Sequence record: SRR20825006_1106
Length of the DNA stretch: 58,084 nucleotides
Reading direction: 5' to 3' (one strand)
Position 1 is the stretch's first letter. Each line of letters starts with the position of its first letter. The translations under genes and the position numbers were made by a program. Under the pieces are notes generated by a model. That model saw only the letters and a list, made by a program, of their open reading frames with translations, was not told the origin of the DNA and made no database searches. Shown here one piece after another: positions 28,683 to 39,396 of the stretch.

Positions 28683-29228
28683 CTATTGGTCATCAAGGCT
28701 ATCAACCGCAATACCAAGTTCCAGTAAAATAGCTTCATTTAGGTTCCATTCTCCTCGAGCATAAACCATATAGATATCTCCTGATCTGTCGAAAACGAAA
28801 TCTACACCCTGCTTTTGAGCTACAGCACGTACCGCAGCAAAAACTTGTCGTTGAATAGGTTCTAATAATTCTTTTTGGCGAGTGAAGTACTCCCCCTTTG
28901 GACCAAATTTCTGCGTCATAAAGCCATCTCTGGCTTTTAATAATGTGTTAATTTCATTTTTCTTTTGTGTCCGTATCTCTTCAGTATATAATATTTCTTT
29001 GGCTTCAAAGTCCTGCTGTAACTCTTTAATTTCCTTTTCTTTGTTAGAGAGTTCAGTTTTCCAAGAATCACTTAATAATCGCAATTGCTGTTCGATTCCT
29101 TGATACTCTGGAATTTTTTCCAAAATAAACTCAGAATCGAAATACGCGATTTTCTGATTCTGCGCATAAGTAGCACTAGCTACCAACGCAAAAAATAGAA
29201 TTAAGATATATATTTTATAACATTTCAT
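28683..29228 (-). CDS. skp: OmpH/Skp family periplasmic chaperone (copy 1)
   Basis: KIAYFDSEFIL.KIPEY, KFGPKGE, ELL.PIQ, DFVFDRS; immediately after bamA. Confidence 0.92.
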   Translation of the reverse strand: MKCYKIYILILFFALVASATYAQNQKIAYFDSEFILEKIPEYQGIEQQLRLLSDSWKTELSNKEKEIKELQQDFEAKEILYTEEIRTQKKNEINTLLKARDGFMTQKFGPKGEYFTRQKELLEPIQRQVFAAVRAVAQKQGVDFVFDRSGDIYMVYARGEWNLNEAILLELGIAVDSLDDQ

Positions 29229-31705
29229 TAAAAAGGAGCACCTATGTTAAATAGAAATTCCCACTCACCAGCATTAATTGTGGAAGCATTGATACCACCT
29301 TGCACTCCATCTAGTCTATAGCCGTAACTTAAGTCAACAAGCCCTAGAATAGGTAAGAATAAGCGAACACCAAAGCCTGCAGATCTTTTCACATTAAATG
29401 GATCATAAGTTGAGAAATCGTAATAAGAGTTACCAGCGTCAACAAAAGTATAAGGTATTACTTGAATTTGCTCATTTGTAATAGCGGGGTATCTCAATTC
29501 TAGGGAATATTTATTATAAATACGACCACCAAATTTTTCACCATTTACAACTGGAGCAATACTTTCGCTAAAGCCACCAGGATAACCTCTCATATCAACA
29601 TTTTCGTATAAGAAACTTTGTTGCTGCTGAAGAGGAGTTCCACCAACTAAGAATCTTTGGAAGTTACTTCGCTCATCCTTGGTAAAGTATCCGATGTAAC
29701 CAAAATTAGCTTGGCTAGTTAATACAAGCTTTTCGATTACTGGGAAATGATGCTGATAGTCTACTTTAAATTTATAATAATCAGAAAGCCCAGGAATAGG
29801 TAATGCAGCTTCAGCTGAGAAAGATATTTTAGAACCAGAGTTTGGTGAGATAAAATTATCTAAAGAATTTCTTTCAATAACTTCGGTAAGAGAGATGGTG
29901 TTTGTAACACCACTCAACAAACTAGAATTTGATTGACTTACATCATATAACTGATAGCTAAGAATTGTTCTTTGAGAGAAGAAATCATCTGGCCATTTCA
30001 AACGTTTACCAATCGATACACTTCCTGAAAACAGTTCACTCTTTCCTACACTGTAAGCATTTTTAATAAGATTATAGGAAAAATTAACACCTAATGATGT
30101 TGGCTTGCCATTTAGCCACGGCTCAACAAATCCTAAGCTATAGCTTTGGTAGCCAGAACCCGTTACTTGTACGCCTAATGATACTTGTTGCCCATCTCCT
30201 GATGGAATAGGAGACCATCCTCCTTTTTCGAATGCTCTTTTAAGGGAAAAGTTATTGAAGTTTACTCGAGCAGAAACAATAGCCCCAATAGACTGACCGC
30301 CGTAACCACCTGAAAATTCAAAATTGTCGGTAGATGCTGCTTCTTTTAGCGAGTAAGAAATATCAACGGTTTTATCATTTTGATTTGGTAATACATCAGG
30401 CTCAATACTTTGGGCATCAAAATAACCAAGCGTACCTAATTCACGAATGGTTCGAACGATGGCTTCTCTACTATAATTATTACCAGGAATAGTTCTTAGC
30501 GTTCGGCGAACTACATCATCGTGGGTTTTTGTATTCCCAGAAAAAGCTACTTCACTTATGCTAGCTATCTCATCCTCATAAATATCAAAATGAATATCTA
30601 TAGAATCTGCTGCAACTTTCGAAATTGTTGGAATTGCTCTAAAAAATAAATATCCAATATTTTGATAGAGAGAGTTAATATCAGAGCTAGTTTTATTGAA
30701 TGTTAAATTAGCTTCATATTTTTCTTCATCAAAGACATCCCCATTTTCGAATCCTAAAGATCTTGAAAGTTGGTCATCTGTATACACAGTGTTTCCTTCC
30801 CAAGAAACATTTCTAACTTTGTATTGCGGGCCCTCTGCAACGGTTAGTTTTACACCAACACCGTCTAAATCTTTAACATAATTGTATACATATACAGAAT
30901 CGCTGACAATACGCGCGTCTGAAAAGCCATTTTTCCTATAAAAAGCTATTAGGTTTTCCTTCCCTTCCTCAAAATCTTCTTTCTTGAATACTTTTTTACT
31001 GAAAATCTTAATCCATTTGTCTTCTTTGAGTGGCTTTAATCTTTTCTTTAGTTTTTTATCAGAATACTCTTCGTTTCCAACAATCTCAATTTCCTTTATT
31101 TCTAGTCTTTTACCTGGTTTGATTTCAAATATCAATCGAGCTCTGTTATCCAGCTTTTCGTCTAGTTCTACTCGTGTTTTTACTTCTGTATACCAAAACC
31201 CTTTATCTTTGTAAAATCGTTTGATAGTGTTAATTGCTTGAGCTTTGTTTGACTCAGTAATCGCAACACCTGGCAGTAATACAATCAAATCTTTCAAGTC
31301 TCTTCGTTGAGATCTTTTTATACCTTCTAACTTATATTCAATTATTCGAGGTTGCTCTTGAACCTGAATTATTAAACTAATGTTATTTCCGACTTTCTCT
31401 TTTATCAAGATTTTTACATCCGAGAATAGGCCTGCTTGATAGAGACGACGAACAGCATCAGGAATATCGTCCCCAGGGTAATTCAACTTAGAGCCTTCTT
31501 TCAACAAACTAGCGCTAATAATAAACTCTTTTCTAGTCACCTCATTGCCCTCAACAATAAGCTCCTTTAATGTATACTCTTGAGGCGTTGTTAATGTGGG
31601 ATCGGTAATTTCGAAGGTATCTTGTGCACGCAAATCTGGAGAATAGGTCCCCAAAAAAATCAGTATTAATGCGACAAACGGTAATCTTTTCAACAAATTA
31701 GACAC
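29228..31705 (-). CDS. bamA: Outer membrane protein assembly factor BamA
   Basis: POTRA repeats (GN.KT.D.VVRR), MRGY motif, DAGN, RSAGFGVR.FLP..G, C-terminal Phe. Confidence 0.96.
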   Translation of the reverse strand: MSNLLKRLPFVALILIFLGTYSPDLRAQDTFEITDPTLTTPQEYTLKELIVEGNEVTRKEFIISASLLKEGSKLNYPGDDIPDAVRRLYQAGLFSDVKILIKEKVGNNISLIIQVQEQPRIIEYKLEGIKRSQRRDLKDLIVLLPGVAITESNKAQAINTIKRFYKDKGFWYTEVKTRVELDEKLDNRARLIFEIKPGKRLEIKEIEIVGNEEYSDKKLKKRLKPLKEDKWIKIFSKKVFKKEDFEEGKENLIAFYRKNGFSDARIVSDSVYVYNYVKDLDGVGVKLTVAEGPQYKVRNVSWEGNTVYTDDQLSRSLGFENGDVFDEEKYEANLTFNKTSSDINSLYQNIGYLFFRAIPTISKVAADSIDIHFDIYEDEIASISEVAFSGNTKTHDDVVRRTLRTIPGNNYSREAIVRTIRELGTLGYFDAQSIEPDVLPNQNDKTVDISYSLKEAASTDNFEFSGGYGGQSIGAIVSARVNFNNFSLKRAFEKGGWSPIPSGDGQQVSLGVQVTGSGYQSYSLGFVEPWLNGKPTSLGVNFSYNLIKNAYSVGKSELFSGSVSIGKRLKWPDDFFSQRTILSYQLYDVSQSNSSLLSGVTNTISLTEVIERNSLDNFISPNSGSKISFSAEAALPIPGLSDYYKFKVDYQHHFPVIEKLVLTSQANFGYIGYFTKDERSNFQRFLVGGTPLQQQQSFLYENVDMRGYPGGFSESIAPVVNGEKFGGRIYNKYSLELRYPAITNEQIQVIPYTFVDAGNSYYDFSTYDPFNVKRSAGFGVRLFLPILGLVDLSYGYRLDGVQGGINASTINAGEWEFLFNIGAPF

Positions 31706-31723
31706 TCTTTTTTAATAATTAAC

Positions 31724-32551
31724 TTATTTTTGCTTCTCGATTAAACGGGAAACAAACCCTTTTTGGTCTTTGGGATTATTTAATTTTCCAAATCTACGAT
31801 CTCGCCCTTGGTAAGATTCAATGGCTTCATACAGTTCATCTCTTCTAAAATCTGGCCAAAATTGTTTAGTAATATACAGTTCTGAGTAAGCTAATTGCCA
31901 AAGCAGAAAATTGCTAATTCTATATTCACCACTTGTACGAATAATTAAATCTGGATCCGGAATATCAGCTGTAGATAAATGGTCCGTAATCATCTGATCG
32001 TTAATTAATGAAGGATCTAAACGATTTTCTTTTACATGGTTCGCAATCTTCTTAACTGCTTCAGTTATATCCCATCGACCCGAATAACTGAGAGCTAAGC
32101 ACAATTGTAGCCCTTTGTTATTTTTTGTGAGTTCTATCGCTTCTTCCAGTTCTCTTTTGCAATCTTTAGGGAAACGATCAAGTTGCCCAATGGTAACAAG
32201 TCTTATGTCATTAGCATGAAGGTTTTCAGCTTCTTTTCTAAGCGAAGAAACTAACAACCGCATAAGCCCTCTAATTTCAAGCGAAGGTCTACCCCAATTC
32301 TCTGTAGAAAAAGCGTAAAGAGTTAAGTACTTAACTCCTATTTGAGCACAAGATTCGGTTATATCCCTAACTGACTCAACCCCAACCTTATGACCATGTA
32401 ATCTAATACTGCCATTTTTTGTAGCCCACCTACCATTCCCATCCATTATGATGGCAATGTGCTCAGGAATCACCCCAGATTTTTGCAAATCTAGTTGTTT
32501 TTGTTTGTCTTCCTCAGACTGTTCCGTATTTGTTAAAGTGAGCTTTTTCAA
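31724..32551 (-). CDS. uppS: Undecaprenyl diphosphate synthase (isoprenyl transferase)
   Basis: PEHIAIIMDGNGRWA, YAFSTENW.RP, DLIIRTSGE.RISNFLLWQ.AYSE, RRFG. Confidence 0.97.
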   Translation of the reverse strand: MKKLTLTNTEQSEEDKQKQLDLQKSGVIPEHIAIIMDGNGRWATKNGSIRLHGHKVGVESVRDITESCAQIGVKYLTLYAFSTENWGRPSLEIRGLMRLLVSSLRKEAENLHANDIRLVTIGQLDRFPKDCKRELEEAIELTKNNKGLQLCLALSYSGRWDITEAVKKIANHVKENRLDPSLINDQMITDHLSTADIPDPDLIIRTSGEYRISNFLLWQLAYSELYITKQFWPDFRRDELYEAIESYQGRDRRFGKLNNPKDQKGFVSRLIEKQK

Positions 32552-32621
32552 ATAATAAAAGGCTTTTTTTAGAGCCTATAAAATTAGGCTTTTAATAGTG
32601 ATTTAGCAAGAATAAACAAGT

Positions 32622-33095
32622 TTAATTAGAGTTTATTTCTTGCTTAAGTGATATCATTTCCAATACAGCCAACGCAGCTTCGCCGCCTTTGTTTCCTTTC
32701 TCTCCAACTCTATCCAATGCTTGCTTAACATCATCGGTTGTAAGTACCCCAAAAGCAATGGGTAAGTTATACTTAAGGTTTAAAGCGGCAACTCCAGTTG
32801 TAACTGCATCACAAACATATTCAAAGTGAGGGGTACCACCTCTAATAACTACACCAAGAGCAATTACGCCATCCAGTTTTTTACTTTCTAATAGATACTG
32901 GACTGCTAAAGGAAGTTCGAAAGAGCCCGGACACCGAGTAACAATTACATCCGCATCTTCAACTCCATTACCCTTTAGCACTTTTAATGCGCCATCGAGC
33001 ATTCTATCTGTGATTGAAGAGTTCCAACGAGATACTACTATGCCTATTTTTGCGCCTTCATTATTGGTTTTTCCTTCATAAAAGGTAACACTCAT
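32622..33095 (-). CDS. ribH: 6,7-dimethyl-8-ribityllumazine synthase
   Basis: IVVSRWN, PGSFELP, LGVVIRGGTPHFEYVC, FGVLT, NKGGEAA. Confidence 0.97.
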   Translation of the reverse strand: MSVTFYEGKTNNEGAKIGIVVSRWNSSITDRMLDGALKVLKGNGVEDADVIVTRCPGSFELPLAVQYLLESKKLDGVIALGVVIRGGTPHFEYVCDAVTTGVAALNLKYNLPIAFGVLTTDDVKQALDRVGEKGNKGGEAALAVLEMISLKQEINSN

Positions 33096-33098
33096 CGC

Positions 33099-33950
33099 TC
33101 AATCCTTTAATTTTATGATACTTTTCCGTTGATCTGTCATTCGTTTCATTTTTTCAACGTGTTTATACGCTATTGTAATAACACCAACGTGGGTATTTCC
33201 TGATTCGTACGCTCCATGATAATCACTTCCCCCTGTTTTAAGCAAAGCTTTTTTATCACAAAACTCGGTATATGACAATTGTTTTTGCCAATTATGACTT
33301 GGGTGAATACACTCAATTCCATCCACTCCTAACTCTACTAATTCTTCAATTTCCTCTTGTGAATAAAACCGCCCAGGATGAGCAACAATTGCTGCACCAC
33401 CTACTTCTTTTACAATATTAATTGCGTCTTTAACGTCTGGATAAGCACTCTCAAAATCGCCAAGTCGTTCATTACTTAGATACCGTAGAAATGCTTCATG
33501 TTTACTCGATACATATCCCTTGTTAATAAGCACGCTTGCCAAATGAGGGCGGCCGATATTAGCCCCATTTGCAATCGCCCATACTTCATCATAATCTACA
33601 TCTATGCCTTGTTTGTTCAAGATTTCGATAATGACTTTTATTCTTTCTTTTCTGGCAAAACGTTGTTTAAGAACAAAATCTTTAAAATATTGAGAGCTCG
33701 TATCGAAATAATAGGCTAGTAAATGGCATTCTCCACCTTTAAAAAGAGTTGTAATCTCTACTCCTGGAATAAGCTCTATTTCCTTTTCGGCAGCGAAATC
33801 TTTTGCTAATGTATAACCTTCAAAAGTATCGTGGTCGGTAATAGCTAAAGCTTCTAATTTCTTATCACAAGCAAGTTGCACTGCTTCTTTAGGTGATAAA
33901 CGCCCATCAGAGCTGGTAGTATGAATATGTAAATCTGCTTTTGGAAGCAT
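33099..33950 (-). CDS. PHP domain metal-dependent phosphoesterase (TrpH/YciV-like)
   Basis: DLHIHT..SDG, TDHD, GVEI, GRPH, AHP, GGSDYHG. Confidence 0.92.
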   Translation of the reverse strand: MLPKADLHIHTTSSDGRLSPKEAVQLACDKKLEALAITDHDTFEGYTLAKDFAAEKEIELIPGVEITTLFKGGECHLLAYYFDTSSQYFKDFVLKQRFARKERIKVIIEILNKQGIDVDYDEVWAIANGANIGRPHLASVLINKGYVSSKHEAFLRYLSNERLGDFESAYPDVKDAINIVKEVGGAAIVAHPGRFYSQEEIEELVELGVDGIECIHPSHNWQKQLSYTEFCDKKALLKTGGSDYHGAYESGNTHVGVITIAYKHVEKMKRMTDQRKSIIKLKD

Positions 33951-33953
33951 CAA

Positions 33954-35591
33954 TTAATTACCGCTCAATAAAGAACTAACATCTTTTGGCGAGGTGATAA
34001 GGTCTATTGCCGCTTTTAATTGATGGTCTCTATCTAACTCAGCTTTTGTTCTAGATTTCTGGCCTTTATAACGAGATAAAATCTCGAAGAAAAGCGATTC
34101 TTCAATCATTGAACGCTCACTATTAAATTGTTCTTTTTTGTGACTCTTAACCTTTTTCTGTAATTCATCAATACCCTCACTAGCCCCTGAAATTGAAGAA
34201 AGCTCAGATTGTAAATCTTCTAGCATTCTTTCTCCATCCGTTGCGTAATCAAACTCTTTTTGAGATAAAAACTCTGAGAATTCTGAGAAAAATCCATCTG
34301 GCATTTTATTCATATTTTCATTTGGATGTTTTGCTTGATACTGAGTTGCAAAATCGAAGTACATTCCTTTTTGTAGTAACGCTACTTGTAATAAGCTTAA
34401 TGGTTTCTCTTCTATACTTATATCTGGCTCAATTCCTCTTCCATCAAATACTTTACGCCCATTTCGAGTTTTATAAACTCTATTAGTAGAATCTCTTTTT
34501 ACCACACCTGAATTTCGCCCTTCATGGTTATAATCAATTGATTGAATACTTCGGCCACTTGGGATGTAGTATCGGGCTATGGTGATTTTCATTGAAGTAT
34601 TATAAGGAAGTGGTTTTACTATTTGAACCAACCCTTTCCCAAAACTTCTTTCACCTAAGATAACCGCTCTATCCAAGTCTTGAAGTGCACCGGCCACCAC
34701 TTCGGATGCACTGGCGCTTCCCCCATTCATTAAAACTACAACAGGCTTTGAAAACATCACTGGCTCTCGAGTTTTAAATACTTCATTATACTCTGTAATT
34801 CGACCTCTATTCTCTACAACCGTAAGCCCTGGCTCTACAAACTTATCGATAATGGCTACAGCTTCTTGTAATATTCCACCAGGGTTATCTCGAAGATCGA
34901 GCACCAATCCGTTAATATCTTTGTTTGAAATTAGGTCTATTAGAGCCAATCTTACTTCCTCTGCAGACTTATCTCCAAACTGAGCTAGACGGATAAATCC
35001 GATGTCTTTTGCGCCTCCGACGTAGCCCGAATAGGTAACGTTTTTCACTTCAATTCTTTCTCGTTTAAGCTCAAAATCAAGGTCTTGCTCTACTCCAAAC
35101 CTTTTGATTGTGAGTACCACGCTAGAGCCAACTTCTCCAACAGTTAAACTTTGCACTTCATCTGGTTGAAGATTCTGAGTAGAGATTCCATCAATTGCTA
35201 TAATTTCATCGCCAGCTCTTATCCCTTTTCTATCTGCTGGTCCATCTTCATTTGGAGCTACAATTACTACTTTCCCCTCTCTATATCCAGCTTCAACGCC
35301 AATTCCAGCGTAATTCCCACGAGAAAGAATCTCTGCTTGTTCGTTTTGAGACTCATCATATACTACCGTATAAGGATCCAATGTTTCTAGCATAGCTTCT
35401 AACCCAGTTCGCATTAATTTTTCTGGGTCAACTTCATCAACATATTCTAGGGCGACATTTTCGTAAGTCTTACTGAAAATGGAAAAGTTCTTTTTTATTA
35501 GAAAGTAGATATCTGCTTTCTGTGGAGCTATAGCCACCCCAACAACTAGCAGGATTACTAAAAAAGGAAGAACTTTTGCCAGACGTTTCAT
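33954..35591 (-). CDS. S41 family C-terminal processing peptidase with PDZ domain
   Basis: LDPY, GIG, DLRDNPGG, SASASE.VAGALQD..R, G.RSFGKG.VQ, GI.PD. Confidence 0.93.
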   Translation of the reverse strand: MKRLAKVLPFLVILLVVGVAIAPQKADIYFLIKKNFSIFSKTYENVALEYVDEVDPEKLMRTGLEAMLETLDPYTVVYDESQNEQAEILSRGNYAGIGVEAGYREGKVVIVAPNEDGPADRKGIRAGDEIIAIDGISTQNLQPDEVQSLTVGEVGSSVVLTIKRFGVEQDLDFELKRERIEVKNVTYSGYVGGAKDIGFIRLAQFGDKSAEEVRLALIDLISNKDINGLVLDLRDNPGGILQEAVAIIDKFVEPGLTVVENRGRITEYNEVFKTREPVMFSKPVVVLMNGGSASASEVVAGALQDLDRAVILGERSFGKGLVQIVKPLPYNTSMKITIARYYIPSGRSIQSIDYNHEGRNSGVVKRDSTNRVYKTRNGRKVFDGRGIEPDISIEEKPLSLLQVALLQKGMYFDFATQYQAKHPNENMNKMPDGFFSEFSEFLSQKEFDYATDGERMLEDLQSELSSISGASEGIDELQKKVKSHKKEQFNSERSMIEESLFFEILSRYKGQKSRTKAELDRDHQLKAAIDLITSPKDVSSLLSGN

Positions 35592-35592
35592 C

Positions 35593-37581
35593 TTATTTCG
35601 ATTCACTAATTTTTAGAACCTGGCCTACATAGATTCTTGAACCACTTACTCCGTTTAAACTTCTCAAAGTTGAAATTGGGACTCCGAAATCTTCAGCAAT
35701 TTTGCCTAAAGTATCATTCTTGCGAACAGTATAAGTTTTATATCCGCTAGATGAAGATGTAGCTGAAGCTAGTAAAATATTCTCTCCACTGCGCTGCTTG
35801 CGTTCTTGGCTTTGTTTTTCACTAAACGACATTTTATTTACTTTGGCGTAATAGTCTTTATTAGCTGATGGTACAAATATCGATAAATTCTGTCCTACAC
35901 GAATAGTATTACTTATACCATTCCAAGTTCTAATTTGGTAACTACGCACGTCATACCATTCTGCAATGTGCCCAATTGTGTCACCGGTTTTAACCTTATA
36001 AGTAAGTTTTGTTGAATTTGCAGGAGTGCTTGTCCGAGCAGTTGTAGCAGATCTACTCGTGTTAGTTAAGTTAGTTGGTTGGTTTACAGAAATCTCACCC
36101 GCGCTACCCTTTGGCAAAGGTATTACAAGCGTTTCTCCAGGATAAATTACTTTACCTAAACTCTCATTACTAGCATAAATACCTCGAACAGTTGTCCCAT
36201 ATTTTCTTGCGATGATTCCAATCGATTCACCACTTCTAACGGTATGCATTGTTATACTCTGAGCTCGGTTATCTTTCGGGATATCTTTATACGCCAATAG
36301 AAATTTTTCTTTAACACCTTTAGGCATTTTTAAAGGATATTTATTACTGGGAGGTGTAGCCCAGCGAAGCAACTCAGGGTTATAATCTTTCAGTTCCTCT
36401 GTAGTTATACCCGCAGCTTTTGCCAAATCATCAAGTGGCATTAGTCCTTCAACTTCTGCGACTTCGTAAGAATATGGTTCGCCTTCATATTTCTTCTGAA
36501 AACCAAACTCAACAGGATTTAATCCGATCATTGCTGTAGCAATAAACCCTGGAACATATCCTCTCGTTTCTCTTGGTAAATATGGATATGCTTCCCAATA
36601 ATCCTTTTTACCGCCAGCACGGCTTATTGCTCTATTTAGCCCTCTTGGACTAATATTGTAGTTTGCCATCGCTAAATGCCAATCGCCCCATATATTGTGT
36701 AAATCTCTTAGGTGGCGAGCTGCTGCTCTAGTTGCTTTTTCAGGATCTCGGCGTTCATCAATCCACCAATTAACTTCCAAACCATATACTCGGCCTGTTG
36801 CAGCAATAAACTGCCACATTCCTGCTGCTGCGGCCCAACTACGTGCAGTTGGGTTAAGTCCAGACTCAATAAAAGCTAAGTAGGCTAGCTCTTCAGGTAC
36901 TTTTTCTTCCTTCAGTATTCTTTGAATCATTGGCATATAAACCTCAGATCTTTTAAGCCAAAGTTCCATCACCTCAGGACGCTTCAATGTATAATAAACT
37001 AGACTATTGGTCACAAATCTATTCTGGATAAGAGGGACGTCTGTTTTATTTAACACTACATCTTTTGGTAGGCTAAAATTCTCAGTTAACGCAAAATTAT
37101 CTTCAGCAAAAAGTTCTTCTTGAATAGCAAATATTTCACCTTGAGGCTCATTGGTTGCCTCCGTAATTCCATAAAAGTTTCTGTATTCCGAAACGATTGT
37201 TCTCGACAATTCCGCAAAACGGCGATCCGTTCTAATTTCAGGGTAATCGTCTAATAGTGCTTGGGAAGCATTTACTGCATCATTAATATTCGTTTCCGCT
37301 TCAATAAAGTCATCACCTATTAGCGCTTCAAGGCTAACCAAGTGTATTTGATAGATATCAGAAATTCGGCGTAAAATGTCTTTCTGAAAACTATCAAGAA
37401 CAACATTTGTAGGTTCTTGAATTTGTTGATCATCTAATCCCTTTGCACCCATTGGATTATTAACAGGAAGCAACCTAACTGGCATCTGCTCAATCTTTAT
37501 TAGAGTTGAGTCTTGTGCTACTAATTGAACTGTGCCGAACGTAAAAAGGGCACAGAGAATGGTCTTAAGTATCTTTTGCAT
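35593..37581 (-). CDS. mltD: MltD-like lytic transglycosylase (SLT domain plus three LysM domains)
   Basis: IESG.NP.A.S.A.A.G.WQF, DERRDP, A.YN, LPRETRGYVP; LysM motifs HTVRSGES, YKVKTGDT, YTVRKNDT. Start at MQKILK. Confidence 0.88.
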   Translation of the reverse strand: MQKILKTILCALFTFGTVQLVAQDSTLIKIEQMPVRLLPVNNPMGAKGLDDQQIQEPTNVVLDSFQKDILRRISDIYQIHLVSLEALIGDDFIEAETNINDAVNASQALLDDYPEIRTDRRFAELSRTIVSEYRNFYGITEATNEPQGEIFAIQEELFAEDNFALTENFSLPKDVVLNKTDVPLIQNRFVTNSLVYYTLKRPEVMELWLKRSEVYMPMIQRILKEEKVPEELAYLAFIESGLNPTARSWAAAAGMWQFIAATGRVYGLEVNWWIDERRDPEKATRAAARHLRDLHNIWGDWHLAMANYNISPRGLNRAISRAGGKKDYWEAYPYLPRETRGYVPGFIATAMIGLNPVEFGFQKKYEGEPYSYEVAEVEGLMPLDDLAKAAGITTEELKDYNPELLRWATPPSNKYPLKMPKGVKEKFLLAYKDIPKDNRAQSITMHTVRSGESIGIIARKYGTTVRGIYASNESLGKVIYPGETLVIPLPKGSAGEISVNQPTNLTNTSRSATTARTSTPANSTKLTYKVKTGDTIGHIAEWYDVRSYQIRTWNGISNTIRVGQNLSIFVPSANKDYYAKVNKMSFSEKQSQERKQRSGENILLASATSSSSGYKTYTVRKNDTLGKIAEDFGVPISTLRSLNGVSGSRIYVGQVLKISESK

Positions 37582-37683
37582 ATTACCGTCTGATTTTAAA
37601 AGCTCGTTTATAATAGTAATTATTAGCCTTAATTGTATAAAGCCTTTGCTCAAATTCCTTTGCACAACATGCAAAGAACATAG

Positions 37684-39396
37684 TTATTGTATCTCTTTTG
37701 TAACTATTGAAGCATCTCTCTCCTGCCCAGTCCATCTTTGGACCAAAGGCCATCGTCTACCTACACCAAATGCTTTTGCGGAAACTTTTAATCCTGGTGC
37801 TGATTGATAACGTTTATGCTCGTTTAAGTCTACCAGTTTTAGAATGCGATCTACCGTTTCATCATCAAATCCTTTATTCAAGATTTCCTCTCTTGAAAGT
37901 TGGTGTTCTAGGTAGTATTCCAAAATTGAATCTAAAGTTTCATAATTGGGCAATGAATCTGAATCTTTTTGATCGGGGCGTAACTCTGCACTTGGTTCCT
38001 TGTCAATAATGGTTCTAGGAATCACTTCTTTTCGGTAGAAATCTTCATTCAACCATTCACACATTGCATACACTTCTGTTTTATAGAGATCTGAAATTAC
38101 GGCTAGCCCACCAGCCATATCACCATAAAGAGTACAGTAACCAACCGCTGTTTCCGATTTGTTACCAGTGTTAAGTAGCATATAATCGAATTTGTTAGCT
38201 ATCGCCATTAACAAATCACCACGACTTCTACTTTGAAGATTTTCTTCTGCAACATTGAATTTGGTGTCTTTAAAAACCGGGCTCAATTGTTCAAGAAAAG
38301 AATCGTATATCGATTTTATTGGTATTTCTAGTAATTGAACCCCTAAATTTTCTGCTAGTTTTTGAGAGTCACTTACGCTTCCCTCTGATGAAAACTCAGA
38401 GGGCATTGTAACACCAAGCACATTTTCTGCACCAAGTGCTTCTACGGCAATTGCACATACTAGCGCCGAATCAATTCCGCCACTCAAACCAAGTATTACT
38501 TTATTGGCAGCCTTAGATTTTCGCAAATAATCTTTAAGCCCAAGTACCAATCCATTAAACATACTTTGAATAGGGTTTGGAGCACCTTTTTGACCTTTCG
38601 AATTACCTAATGCTTTTAGCTCTTTACTCTTAGCATTATAACTTACTGTAATATGGGTTTGAGCAAACCTTTCTGCTCGTTGCACAATTTCTCCATTCTC
38701 ATCTAAAGCCAGTGAGTCGCCATCAAAAATAAGTTCGGAATTTGCTCCAACTTGATTCACATAAAACAATGGTAAATGCAATTGCTTTGCATGCTTCTGG
38801 AGCATTGTTATACGGCTAACTGGCTTCTTTTTTGTAAAAGGAGACGCTGAAATATTGATAATTGCCTCGGCACCCTTACTAGCTAAAACTTCGGCTGGGT
38901 TAACGGCATAAGTATGGTAATTAATCTCATTATCGTTAAACCAAATATCTTCACAAACAGTGATTCCAAAAGACACGCCATTTATAGAGACAGGAGCAAA
39001 ATCAGTACCTGGCTCAAAGTACCGCAAATCATCAAAAACATCATAGGTTGGCAAAAGTGCTTTATGAACTCTTGAAAGCTCTTTACCATTTTGAGCCACA
39101 ATAGCTGAGTTAAAACATTTCCGTCCGATTCCCGTCAAATTCTCGGTAATGGATCCAAAAACTACGCACATAGTTGATGTATGTTCTATTATCTCAGTAT
39201 TCACTTGGTAGCAAAATTCTCTAAAAACTGCCCGCTCTAATAAATCAAGAGGTGGATAACCACAAACAATCAACTCGGGGAGAAGTAATACTTCTACACC
39301 GTCTACTTCGGCTTGTTTAATAGCATCTAGAATAAGTTTTTTATTACCAGCAAGGTCCCCAATAGTTGGGTTTAGTTGTGCAAGTCGTATGTTCAC
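37684..39396 (-). CDS. nadE: Glutamine-dependent NAD+ synthetase
   Basis: Nitrilase-like domain (PEL, K.LLP.YDVFD, VCEDIW) plus LGLSGGIDS, ENLQSR.RG, TGNKSE, PSAELRPDQ.D.DSLP. Confidence 0.97.
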   Translation of the reverse strand: MNIRLAQLNPTIGDLAGNKKLILDAIKQAEVDGVEVLLLPELIVCGYPPLDLLERAVFREFCYQVNTEIIEHTSTMCVVFGSITENLTGIGRKCFNSAIVAQNGKELSRVHKALLPTYDVFDDLRYFEPGTDFAPVSINGVSFGITVCEDIWFNDNEINYHTYAVNPAEVLASKGAEAIINISASPFTKKKPVSRITMLQKHAKQLHLPLFYVNQVGANSELIFDGDSLALDENGEIVQRAERFAQTHITVSYNAKSKELKALGNSKGQKGAPNPIQSMFNGLVLGLKDYLRKSKAANKVILGLSGGIDSALVCAIAVEALGAENVLGVTMPSEFSSEGSVSDSQKLAENLGVQLLEIPIKSIYDSFLEQLSPVFKDTKFNVAEENLQSRSRGDLLMAIANKFDYMLLNTGNKSETAVGYCTLYGDMAGGLAVISDLYKTEVYAMCEWLNEDFYRKEVIPRTIIDKEPSAELRPDQKDSDSLPNYETLDSILEYYLEHQLSREEILNKGFDDETVDRILKLVDLNEHKRYQSAPGLKVSAKAFGVGRRWPLVQRWTGQERDASIVTKEIQ

